A model generated the notes under the pieces. The model saw only the letters and a list, made by a program, of their open reading frames with translations, was not told the origin of the DNA and made no database searches. This document shows, one piece after another, positions 56,102 through 64,000 of a stretch of 64,000 nt of DNA. The stretch lies in assembly GCA_017412045.1 (NCBI GenBank), contig JAFQOX010000105.1, positions 43,120-107,119 on the forward strand, read 5' to 3'. The stretch comes from Clostridia bacterium (GTDB taxonomy: Bacteria; Bacillota; Clostridia; Oscillospirales; CAG-272). How positions within the stretch are numbered: the first letter of the stretch is position 1; each line of letters begins with the position of its first letter. Made by a program: the position numbers and the translations under genes.

Positions 56102-57310
56102 ATGGGATTGCATGATACCGTATCGGCAGAACGCCTTCACATCGGATTTTTCGGAATGCGAAACGCAGGAAAGTCGAGCCTTGTGAACGCGGTCACCGGA
56201 CAGGCGCTCTCCGTCGTGTCCGACGTCAAGGGAACGACGACCGACCCCGTAAAAAAAGCAATGGAGCTGCTTCCGCTCGGTCCGGTCGTGATCCTGGATA
56301 CCCCCGGCATCGACGACGAGGGCGATCTGGGAGCAATGCGGGTGGAAAAAGCCAGACAAGCCCTCGTCAAGACCGATATTGCCGTTCTGGTGGCAGACGG
56401 CGCCGTCGGCTTGAGCGGGGAGGACAAGAAGCTGATCCGACTTTTTGACCAAAAGAAGATTCCCCACATCGTCGCCTTCAATAAGGCGGATCTGGTGCAT
56501 GATCGGGTGACGCTCGGTAAAAACGAAATTTACGTGAGTGCGCTAACGGGTGAGGGCGTTGAAGCTCTGAAGGAAATGCTGGGTGAATTCGGCAAGCCCC
56601 TGCAAAGCCCCAAGCTCCTCGTGCGCGATCTTCTCTCGGCAGGCGATCTCGTGGTGCTGGTAACACCCATTGACGAGTCTGCGCCCAAGGGACGGCTGAT
56701 CCTTCCGCAACAGATGGTCTTGCGTGACGTTCTGGACGCGCACGCGACGGCGATCGTTTGCCAGGACACCGAGCTCGCCCAAACGCTGGAAAATCTTGGG
56801 CAAAAGCCCCGTATGGTCATTACCGATTCGCAGGTGTTCGGTAAGGTTGCGAAAAATACTCCCGCGGATATTCCGTTGACCTCCTTCTCGATCCTGATGG
56901 CGCGCTACAAGGGTGATCTGAAACCGCTGGTGCAGGGCTTTGCCGCCCTGAATCATCTGCAAAACGGCGATAAGATACTGATCTCCGAGGGCTGTACGCA
57001 CCACCGCCAATGCAAGGATATCGGAACCGTCAAAATCCCCGGATGGATCGAAGCCTTTTCGGGTGTGAAGCCGGATTATCGCTTCACCTCGGGCGGAGAA
57101 TATCCCGAGGATCTCAGCGAATACCACGTGATCGTCCATTGCGGCGGTTGTATGCTGAACGAAGCGGAAATGAAGCGCCGTATGGAAAGTGCGAAGGTGC
57201 AGGGCATTCCGATTGTCAATTACGGCATCGCCATCGCAGGTATGCACGGCATTCTGAGGCGCAGTCTGGAGCTGTTCCCCGACGTGCTCGCCTTACTTGA
57301 TACGCATTGA
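56102..57310 (+). CDS. hydF: [FeFe]-hydrogenase maturation GTPase HydF
   Basis: 402 aa. G1 GMRNAGKSSLVNA, DTPG, NKAD. C-terminal CTHHRQC...HCGGC cluster ligands. Confidence 0.92.
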   Translation: MGLHDTVSAERLHIGFFGMRNAGKSSLVNAVTGQALSVVSDVKGTTTDPVKKAMELLPLGPVVILDTPGIDDEGDLGAMRVEKARQALVKTDIAVLVADGAVGLSGEDKKLIRLFDQKKIPHIVAFNKADLVHDRVTLGKNEIYVSALTGEGVEALKEMLGEFGKPLQSPKLLVRDLLSAGDLVVLVTPIDESAPKGRLILPQQMVLRDVLDAHATAIVCQDTELAQTLENLGQKPRMVITDSQVFGKVAKNTPADIPLTSFSILMARYKGDLKPLVQGFAALNHLQNGDKILISEGCTHHRQCKDIGTVKIPGWIEAFSGVKPDYRFTSGGEYPEDLSEYHVIVHCGGCMLNEAEMKRRMESAKVQGIPIVNYGIAIAGMHGILRRSLELFPDVLALLDTH

Positions 57311-57334
57311 CGAAATCAAACCGATATGAACGAT

Positions 57335-57375
57335 AAAAAGCCTTGATTCGTTTTTGGAATCAAGGCTTTTTCGTG
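57335..57375 (+). terminator. Intrinsic terminator after hydF
   Basis: AAAAAGCCTTGATTC-gtttttg-GAATCAAGGCTTTTT. Confidence 0.8.
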
Positions 57376-57383
57376 ATTCTTTT

Positions 57384-57512
57384 TATCGCATAGAAATTTG
57401 CGCAGATAGAACCTCGCCGTTTATATCGTTTGGATACAGTCTTAACTGCGATAGGCGAGCACACAGCTTGCAGAGCAAGCAGTTTTCCAGCGGGCGTTGC
57501 CCGCTTTTTTAT
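57384..57512 (+). repeat. Structured intergenic element, copy C
   Basis: TATCGCATAGAAATTTGCGCAGAT..CTCGCC..AACTGCGATA-GGCGAG..GCTTGC-aga-GCAAGC..GCGGGC-gtt-GCCCGC-TTTTTT. Confidence 0.85.
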
Positions 57513-57523
57513 GGATCACCGTA

Positions 57524-58630
57524 TCATTTCCACCATTTGGGATCGTGACAGACTTCGGGTGCCGTTTCTATCCATCCGATCGAAAAAGCGGTGCATTCGC
57601 CGATCCGATTGTCCGTAATATCGTCATACTGCCACAGCATAATATCGTTCGGATAGTGATCGCTTGCCAGACGCTCCCGCTCGTACGAGGCGTAAAAATC
57701 CTCCGCGCCGAACAGATGCAGGATCTCGTGTGCAACGGTGGAGGCTCTCGAGCCGTCCTCGCGCTTATGCGGCGAACCGCCGAGATGATCGGCGAAGATC
57801 ACGCAATGCTCCGAATACTGCAGATAACCGGTTGAAAGACTGTTTCTGGCGTACGATCTTCCCGCTTTGTTCAGGAAATTCAGAAAAATGACGTCGTTAT
57901 CCGGATGCATGGCTTTGTAATAGGAATACAATTCCCAATTGGATTTCAGACCGATGTCGGCGGCGCACTGATCCGTAACGTCCTTCGTGGAACCGCCGTC
58001 ATGCAGATTGGGATTCACGGTGCCTTCATATTTCAGCTCGTATCCACTGAGCGGGGTGGAATAGCTTTCTACGACAAAATTCAGGTCAACGCCCCACGCC
58101 CTTGCGCTTTCCTCAAGATAATCGAGCCCGGGGCTAATTTCCTTTTGCATAAATGAGAAAACCTCTTCCCTCATCCATTGGCTTTGATCGTCGTCCGTAA
58201 ACATCAGAACGACCACGACGTCTCCTTTCAGCGTACGGCAATTTGCCAGCTCGTAGCTGGGTCTTAACTTATCCTGCTCTGTGTCCGTGATACCGGGCAA
58301 AAGCGTGAACCGGAAGGGCGGAATTTCCGCTTGCTGAATGATTTCGTTACAAACGGAGCAAATCCGGCTCTTTTTTCCGCTTTCCTTTGCCGTTGCGATC
58401 TTTTCCATGATCCATGCTTCGCCCGTATGATCGGTGATCGGCAATACGGTCTTTTCTTTTTTTCCGCATCTGCACTTGCGCTCGGCAAGTCCCTCGGATA
58501 AGCAGGTCGCGCGCGTCAGGACCGTCCACTCTCCCCACTTATGCGTATGCGCGTAACGGAATATGAGGACGGGCAAAATCACGATCAAAACGGAAAAAAA
58601 CGAGATTTTTATCATCAATTGACGTTTCAT
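57524..58630 (-). CDS. Membrane-anchored putative zinc metallopeptidase (HExxH) with an N-terminal Cys-rich module
   Basis: 368 aa. N-terminal TM, H.WGEW.V...ATC...G...R.C.CG module plus a CSVC pair, and VAHEILHLFGAEDFY (HExxH). Confidence 0.5.
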   Translation of the reverse strand: MKRQLMIKISFFSVLIVILPVLIFRYAHTHKWGEWTVLTRATCLSEGLAERKCRCGKKEKTVLPITDHTGEAWIMEKIATAKESGKKSRICSVCNEIIQQAEIPPFRFTLLPGITDTEQDKLRPSYELANCRTLKGDVVVVLMFTDDDQSQWMREEVFSFMQKEISPGLDYLEESARAWGVDLNFVVESYSTPLSGYELKYEGTVNPNLHDGGSTKDVTDQCAADIGLKSNWELYSYYKAMHPDNDVIFLNFLNKAGRSYARNSLSTGYLQYSEHCVIFADHLGGSPHKREDGSRASTVAHEILHLFGAEDFYASYERERLASDHYPNDIMLWQYDDITDNRIGECTAFSIGWIETAPEVCHDPKWWK

Positions 58631-58912
58631 TTATTTTCTCCTGTCTTTATCTGTACCGCCTTTACTGTTTGATGAGATAAACGAAAAATAATCCAAACGT
58701 TGACAGTATTTCTGATTTATGATAAAATTATAACATATCCCATCCGTTTTGACAACGGCTTTTCATCGAATCTTTTCAAAGAAAATCGAAAGAATAGAGC
58801 CTATTGACGCTTGAAATCGGAATAGAATGGAAATGCGATGGGAAAGAATGTATTACGAATACGCTTCTCCTAAAAAGGAGCATTGAAATCAATAAAAAGG
58901 AGTCTGATAAAA

Positions 58913-59869
58913 TTGAAAAAAGAATTATTGCTGATCGGAGCGGGCGTTGCCGCGGCGGGAACCGTCATCGGCGCAACCGCATCCAATATGATCACGAAAA
59001 GTCTCACCCGTTTGGCGCTTGCGCGCGAATTACCGAAAGCGATGATGCAGTCCAAGCCAAAAAACGAAGCAGTGCGAGCCTTTCATGCGCGTGTGGAGGA
59101 AGCCGGTCATGCTCTTCGCCAAAAAGATATGGAAGAAGTTGAAATCACGAGCCGCGACGGGCTTCGCCTCGTCGGACATTGGTATCCGTGCGAGAACGCC
59201 AAGCGCGTGATCGTCGCCATGCACGGATGGCGCTCCGCATGGTATATCGATTTTGGTATGCTTTCCGATTTCTGGCGCAGGGAGGGATGCAGCGTCCTGT
59301 TTGCCGAGCAAAGAGCGCAGAATAACAGCGACGGCGAATATATGACCTTTGGCTATATGGAGCGTTACGACTGTCTGGAATGGATTCGCTTTGTCAACGA
59401 GCGTACGGAACGGAAATATCCCGTCTATCTCGCGGGCATATCCATGGGTGCCTCCACCGTTCTGATGACGGCGGGGCTTGACGTTCCCGAAAACGTCAAG
59501 GGCGTGATCGCCGACTGCGGATTTACCTCTGCGTATGATATTTGGCGTCACGTGGTCAAAAAGAATATGAAGATCCCCTTCGGCTTATTTGACCGCCTGA
59601 TCGACCGATCCTGCAAAAAGCAGCTTCAGACGAATGCGCGCGGGATCTCGGCAGTGACCGCCATGCAAACAACGAAAACACCGATTCTCTTTATTCACGG
59701 CTCGGACGATTCGTTTGTTCCCGTTCACATGACTTACGAAAATTATAAAGCCTGCAACGCGCCCAAAGAACTCTTGATCGTTCCCGGCGCCATCCACGCG
59801 CAGAGCTATGACAAGGAAAAGGAAAAATACGAAGCGGCAATCAGAAGCTTTTGGGAAAAATACCGATAA
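58913..59869 (+). CDS. Alpha/beta hydrolase (N-terminal membrane anchor)
   Basis: About 318 aa from TTG 58913 (AAGGAG 10 nt upstream; the track start TTG 58883 is an alternative). Nucleophile elbow GISMGAS, then D and H in ...HGSDD... / ...GAIHAQS. Confidence 0.75.
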   Translation: MKKELLLIGAGVAAAGTVIGATASNMITKSLTRLALARELPKAMMQSKPKNEAVRAFHARVEEAGHALRQKDMEEVEITSRDGLRLVGHWYPCENAKRVIVAMHGWRSAWYIDFGMLSDFWRREGCSVLFAEQRAQNNSDGEYMTFGYMERYDCLEWIRFVNERTERKYPVYLAGISMGASTVLMTAGLDVPENVKGVIADCGFTSAYDIWRHVVKKNMKIPFGLFDRLIDRSCKKQLQTNARGISAVTAMQTTKTPILFIHGSDDSFVPVHMTYENYKACNAPKELLIVPGAIHAQSYDKEKEKYEAAIRSFWEKYR

Positions 59870-59917
59870 GGCATGACAGAGCAACAAAAATCAATTTGAA
59901 AAATAACGGAAGCTATA

Positions 59918-59946
59918 TTGTCAGTTTATCAAATATATGCTATAAT
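59918..59946 (+). promoter_or_regulatory. Sigma-A-type promoter upstream of cas3
   Basis: TTGTCA-17 nt-TATAAT, about 36 nt upstream of ATG 59982. Confidence 0.5.
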
Positions 59947-59981
59947 AAAATCAATGATATTTTTTGAAGGAATGATAAGAA

Positions 59982-62213
59982 ATGGACTACTATGCTCACA
60001 GTAAAGAAATAGACGGAGAAAAAATATATCAAAGCATTCGGGATCACGCGGAAGGCGTCGCGCAAAAAATGATTTCGTTTTCCGATGGATTTTGTAAAGA
60101 AAGCTTTGCAAAATCCATCGCTCTGTTACACGACATCGGTAAATATCAATCGGATTTTCAACTGAGGATTCGCGGCAAGAACGTTCAGGTCCCTCACGCG
60201 ATCTGCGGCTCGAAGGAATTGAAAAAATACGGATTGCCGGACGCGGCGGCATATATCATTTCCGGACATCACGCAGGGCTTCCTGATAAAGGGCCTGACA
60301 TTGCGCCGTCGACGTTGGAATATCGACTGAAGCGGGAAGAAACGCAGGATTATAGCGAATATGAACGCGAGCTGAAATCCTTGATCCCCGCAGGAAGTGA
60401 CACACCGTATCAGAACGCGGTCACTTCTGCCTCTGGAGAATCGGCTTGGAAGGAATACGCATTTTGGATCAGAATGATGTTTTCCTGTCTTGTGGACGCC
60501 GATTTTCTGGATACGGAGGAATTTTGTTCCGGAAATATTGACCGAGGAATGTCGGCAGATTTTGAAAACTGCTTGAAGATATTAAAAGATAGGCTTGCGG
60601 TCTTACAGGACCAAGCCGTTACGGACACGGAAAAGGCAAGAAGCATTTTGCAAAAACAGGTATTGTCTCATAAAAATGAAAATGCGAACTTTTATTATAT
60701 GAACATGCCGACGGGAAGCGGAAAAACTTTGACGAGTATGCTTTTTGCATTGGAGCGCTTGCTTGCCGCGAAGAAAAAACGCATTATTTACGTCATACCT
60801 TATACGAGCATCATAGATCAGAATGCCAAGGTGTTTAAAGATCTGTTTGGAGAGGCGTGCGTGCTGGAGCATCATTGCAATTTTGATTACGATTCCTATG
60901 AAAATATTTCGACAAAAGAAAAAGTACGCCGCACTTCGGAAAATTGGGATGCGCCGATCATTGTAACGACAAACGTTCAGTTTTTTGAATCCATATACAG
61001 CAATCGACCTTCAAAGCTGAGAAAATTACACAATATTGCAAACAGCATTCTGATTTTTGATGAAGCGCATATGCTGCCAAAGGGATATTTTCAGCCTTGT
61101 CTGGAAGCTGTAAAAATATTGACGGAGAAATACGGTTGCGAAGCCGTATTTCTGACGGCAACCATGCCGGATTTTGATCATTGGCTGAAAACGTTTCAAT
61201 GCGAGGGGGTATCTACCTGCAATCTGATTCGGGACACGTCTTGCTTTGAAGCGTTCAAGCGGTCCGAAATCGAAGAGCTTGGCGAGCTTGACGGTGAATC
61301 TCTTCTGGCGCGGGTAATGGAGCATCAAAATGCTTTGGTCGTTGTCAATACGCGAAAAACGGCAAAAATGCTTTATGATCAATACAGCGGAAAAAAATAT
61401 CATCTTTCCACTTATATGAACCATTATGACAGGGACCGCGTGATTGCGAACGTCAAAAAGTCGTTGGCTGACGGCGAGGCGTTTTGCCTGTTTTCCACTT
61501 CCTTGATTGAAGCGGGCGTGGATCTGGATTTTGACGCGGTGTTCCGTGAAAGAGCGGGATTGGATAACCTTTTGCAAACGGCGGGGCGCTGTAACCGAAG
61601 CGGGAAAAAGGAATGCTCTGAATGTAAAAGCTATTCTTTTTCTTTGGAATCTCCGTCTTTCGGCAAAACACCGGATGAATTGAAAATCAGACGTTACTAC
61701 ACGCAGCAAACCTTCGAGCATTACGGAGACATCACAGCACCCGATGCCATTCGCTTTTATTATGATAAGCTGTATGATGATGAAAAACAAAAAATGAACG
61801 CCAACAATTTCCTTTATGCAAAGCCCGTCGGTATGAATACCGACTATTTGAGACAAGCGAAAATGTTTAAAATCAGCCAGATCTTCGCTCGAACGTCTTA
61901 TTTCAATTTTGCAGGCTATGCCAAAGATTTTCATTTGATTGACGATCATACGAAGCCGCTCCTGATTATCAATTCCGAAAACCGCTCCGAGGTTGAATCG
62001 CTTTTGACAACATTGCAATATGCTGAATCCGGCAGAGCGATTTCTCGGAAATTGCAAAAATATATGATTTCTCTCCGTCCTTACGAATGGGATGTTTTGA
62101 AAAAATCCGGTGTGATTCAGACCAGAGAAGGCTTTGACTGTCTGGCAAATGAAAATTATTATCATTCCGAAACGGGAATCCGTTTCGAGGACGATACCGA
62201 TTATATTTATTAA
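59982..62213 (+). CDS. cas3: Type I CRISPR-associated helicase/endonuclease Cas3 (HD + DExH helicase)
   Basis: 743 aa. HD nuclease (LLHDIGKY, SGHHAGL), helicase motif I MPTGSGKT, motif II FDEAH, motif VI-like QTAGRCNR. Confidence 0.93.
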   Translation: MDYYAHSKEIDGEKIYQSIRDHAEGVAQKMISFSDGFCKESFAKSIALLHDIGKYQSDFQLRIRGKNVQVPHAICGSKELKKYGLPDAAAYIISGHHAGLPDKGPDIAPSTLEYRLKREETQDYSEYERELKSLIPAGSDTPYQNAVTSASGESAWKEYAFWIRMMFSCLVDADFLDTEEFCSGNIDRGMSADFENCLKILKDRLAVLQDQAVTDTEKARSILQKQVLSHKNENANFYYMNMPTGSGKTLTSMLFALERLLAAKKKRIIYVIPYTSIIDQNAKVFKDLFGEACVLEHHCNFDYDSYENISTKEKVRRTSENWDAPIIVTTNVQFFESIYSNRPSKLRKLHNIANSILIFDEAHMLPKGYFQPCLEAVKILTEKYGCEAVFLTATMPDFDHWLKTFQCEGVSTCNLIRDTSCFEAFKRSEIEELGELDGESLLARVMEHQNALVVVNTRKTAKMLYDQYSGKKYHLSTYMNHYDRDRVIANVKKSLADGEAFCLFSTSLIEAGVDLDFDAVFRERAGLDNLLQTAGRCNRSGKKECSECKSYSFSLESPSFGKTPDELKIRRYYTQQTFEHYGDITAPDAIRFYYDKLYDDEKQKMNANNFLYAKPVGMNTDYLRQAKMFKISQIFARTSYFNFAGYAKDFHLIDDHTKPLLIINSENRSEVESLLTTLQYAESGRAISRKLQKYMISLRPYEWDVLKKSGVIQTREGFDCLANENYYHSETGIRFEDDTDYIY

Positions 62214-62227
62214 GAAAGGAGTTTTGT

Positions 62228-62908
62228 ATGGGATTTGGATTTCAATTCACCGTGAAGGGTGATTACGCGCTTTTTACCCGTCCCGAATTTGCGGTGGAGC
62301 GCGTCAGCTACGACGTGCCGACACCGTCCGCACTCGTAGGGCTGATTTCATCCGTCTATTGGCATCCGGGTGTCAAATATATCATCGACGAAATTCGGAT
62401 TTATCATCCCGTCAATTTTGTCAATATCCGTCGGAATGAGGTTTCGGATAAGCTTTCGCCCAAGATGGTAAAAGAACAAATGCTTGGGACAAGAAACGAT
62501 CTCGGCATCTACACGAAGGAAAGCATCAGTCAACGGGCATCGCTTCTTCTGAAGGACGTTCACTATGGCGTTTCCGCGCATTTTGAATTGACAAAAGAAA
62601 AAGATGCCGAGCAGTCTGAGGAGAAGGTATATGCGATCCTCTCACGGCGGCTTAAAAAGGGACAGTATTTTTCACAGCCGTTTTTGGGCTGCAGGGAATT
62701 TCCCGCGCGCGTGGAATGGGTGGAGCGTTTGCCCGAAAGCACGCTTGATTACAGCGCGGATCTCGGTTTTATGCTCTACGATTTACAATATCGTAAAGAT
62801 GCCAAGGGCAATGCTCTGGACAGCGCGGATCCGCGATTCTACCGTCCCCGCGTGGAAAACGGCGTGATCGACGTTCAAAAATGGGCAAAGGAGGGCTTGC
62901 GATGTTAA
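62228..62908 (+). CDS. cas5: Type I-C CRISPR-associated protein Cas5c (Cas5d)
   Basis: 226 aa. VKGDYALFTRPEFAVERVSYDVPTPSA...YWHPGV...IRRNEV pattern of Cas5d. Confidence 0.92.
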   Translation: MGFGFQFTVKGDYALFTRPEFAVERVSYDVPTPSALVGLISSVYWHPGVKYIIDEIRIYHPVNFVNIRRNEVSDKLSPKMVKEQMLGTRNDLGIYTKESISQRASLLLKDVHYGVSAHFELTKEKDAEQSEEKVYAILSRRLKKGQYFSQPFLGCREFPARVEWVERLPESTLDYSADLGFMLYDLQYRKDAKGNALDSADPRFYRPRVENGVIDVQKWAKEGLRC

Positions 62909-64000
62909 GAGAATTGGTTGAATATTACGATTGTATTATTCAGCAGCCGGAAAGTGATTTCGTTCCGGACGGTTTCATGAGAGTTCCCAACGTTGCCTAC
63001 AAGATCGTTTTGACACACGACGGAAAATTAAAGGATATTTTGCCGAATACGCGTACCGACACCGATGGTAAAAAGCCGAAAGAGGTCGGATACGATGAGA
63101 TATTTCCGTTTCGTTATTCCGTTCCGGGGATTGCCGCCGAAACGATTGAATGCCGTGGAAAATATATATTTGGGTTTGATTGGGATAAGAACACCGGCGC
63201 TTTTGCTGTAAATAAGAATTCTCTTTTGGCTTATGAAAAAAACAGAGAAAAGAATACCGCGTTTCTGATGGATTTACATTCTCCTGTTATTGATGCTTAT
63301 CGATCGTTTTTGCAACGCTGGAATCCGGAAGAGGAATCGGAAAATGCAATCTTGTTATCGCTTGGAAAAAATTTCGATACGGCAAAATATATTATTGTCG
63401 TTGAGGATTTTGAATCAAGAGAATATGCTTTACATGAAGATCCTGCCGTAAAAGAAAAATGGGTGTATTCCTGGAATAGCCGTTCTCATTCCGAAGCAGG
63501 TGAAGAAGCGTTTATCGGTCAATGCTCGGTAAGCGGAAACGTTGGTCCAATTGCCCGTATTCACAATAATTTAACCGGAATTGCCGGCGGTTTGGCAACG
63601 GGTGTAAATTTGGTATGTTTTAAAACTTCTGCTTTTTGGTCTTATGATCGACAGGGATCTTACAACAGCTCCGTTTCCACAGAAATTATGGAAAAGTATA
63701 CAAAAGTCTTTAATTATCTGACTTCCTCAAAGAAACACAAAAGAATGCTTGATGATATGACGCTTCTTTTCTGGGCGAATACGAAAGAAAAGGAGAGTCC
63801 CTACCTCGAAGAGTTTATTTATGATCTTTGGGATATGGAAGAAAAGCTTGAGGCAGCGGCAACCGAATGGACAAAAGGAAAACCGTCCGATGCAATATTG
63901 GATGAAAACGTGGAATTTTGTATTGTGGGAATCAAACCCAATTCCAGCCGCCTTACCATTAAACTTTTTGAAAAAAATAAATTCGGACAGATGATTGCAC
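62902..64000 (+). CDS. cas8c: Type I-C CRISPR-associated protein Cas8c/Csd1; C-terminus runs off the right edge
   Basis: Absent from the ORF track because no stop lies in the window. Hand translation from ATG 62902 gives MLRELVEYYDCIIQQPESDFVPDGFMRVPNVAYKIVLTHDGKL... and later CSVSGNVGPIARIHN. Position after cas5c fits Csd1. Confidence 0.85.
   Translation, partial: MLRELVEYYDCIIQQPESDFVPDGFMRVPNVAYKIVLTHDGKLKDILPNTRTDTDGKKPKEVGYDEIFPFRYSVPGIAAETIECRGKYIFGFDWDKNTGAFAVNKNSLLAYEKNREKNTAFLMDLHSPVIDAYRSFLQRWNPEEESENAILLSLGKNFDTAKYIIVVEDFESREYALHEDPAVKEKWVYSWNSRSHSEAGEEAFIGQCSVSGNVGPIARIHNNLTGIAGGLATGVNLVCFKTSAFWSYDRQGSYNSSVSTEIMEKYTKVFNYLTSSKKHKRMLDDMTLLFWANTKEKESPYLEEFIYDLWDMEEKLEAAATEWTKGKPSDAILDENVEFCIVGIKPNSSRLTIKLFEKNKFGQMIA

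Noticed and set aside
57354-57618. Short ORFs with identical N-termini inside the repeat copies (57354..57548, 57430..57618, 52047..52280, 52192..52389; for example MDTVLTAIGEHTACRASSFPAGVARF...)
   Set aside because: The identity simply reflects the nucleotide repeat. They have TTG starts without an RBS, the frames run through the terminator hairpin, and the most divergent copy (B2) keeps the stems but destroys the reading frame.

Overview
Chromosomal window from a Clostridia-type endospore former (spo0A, yabP/yabQ and a spoVB-like gene are present). This is inferred from gene content only. Most of it is densely packed core housekeeping genes. On the + strand: dagK-like lipid kinase, valS, cysE-type acetyltransferase, a HAD phosphatase, then pyrH-frr-uppS-cdsA-dxr-rseP-ispG-polC, then hup-yabO-yabP-yabQ-divIC-like. 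On the - strand: cdaA, a short cdaR-like gene, an FAD oxidoreductase, recJ-relA-dtd-hemZ, a kinase, mtaD and a spoVB-like gene. Then ispD-ispF-spo0A (+), rimP-nusA-ylxR-ylxQ-infB (-), and a [FeFe]-hydrogenase maturation operon (TM1266-like regulator, hydE, hydG, hydF). Accessory content is three cytoplasmic glycan-active enzymes (heparinase II/III-like, GHL6-like, and a 1028-aa glycosidase-like protein), an MGDG-synthase-type glycosyltransferase, a membrane-anchored HExxH protein, an alpha/beta hydrolase, and the 5' part of a type I-C CRISPR-Cas operon (cas3, cas5c, cas8c) that runs off the right edge. No array is in the window.

Two edge-truncated genes are missing from the ORF track and were translated by hand: a DUF21/CBS gene at 1-903 (-) and cas8c at 62902-64000 (+).

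The most unusual signals are non-coding:
- A four-copy structured intergenic element (about 110-130 nt) whose two stems show compensatory substitutions. Each copy ends in a terminator-like hairpin and sits at or next to the T-tract of an unrelated terminator.
- A promoter-leader-terminator/antiterminator arrangement upstream of the hydrogenase maturation operon.
- A roughly 255-nt leader with an internal intrinsic terminator upstream of the DUF21/CBS gene.
- A 13-bp perfect inverted repeat that overlaps a sigma-E-like promoter and the yabP ribosome-binding site.
- A 9-bp-arm operator-like palindrome at the start site of the large glycosidase gene.
- A second AT-rich composite element shared by two convergent intergenic regions.

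I found no convincing novel protein-coding system. All small-motif coordinates were counted by hand and may be off by 1-2 nt.
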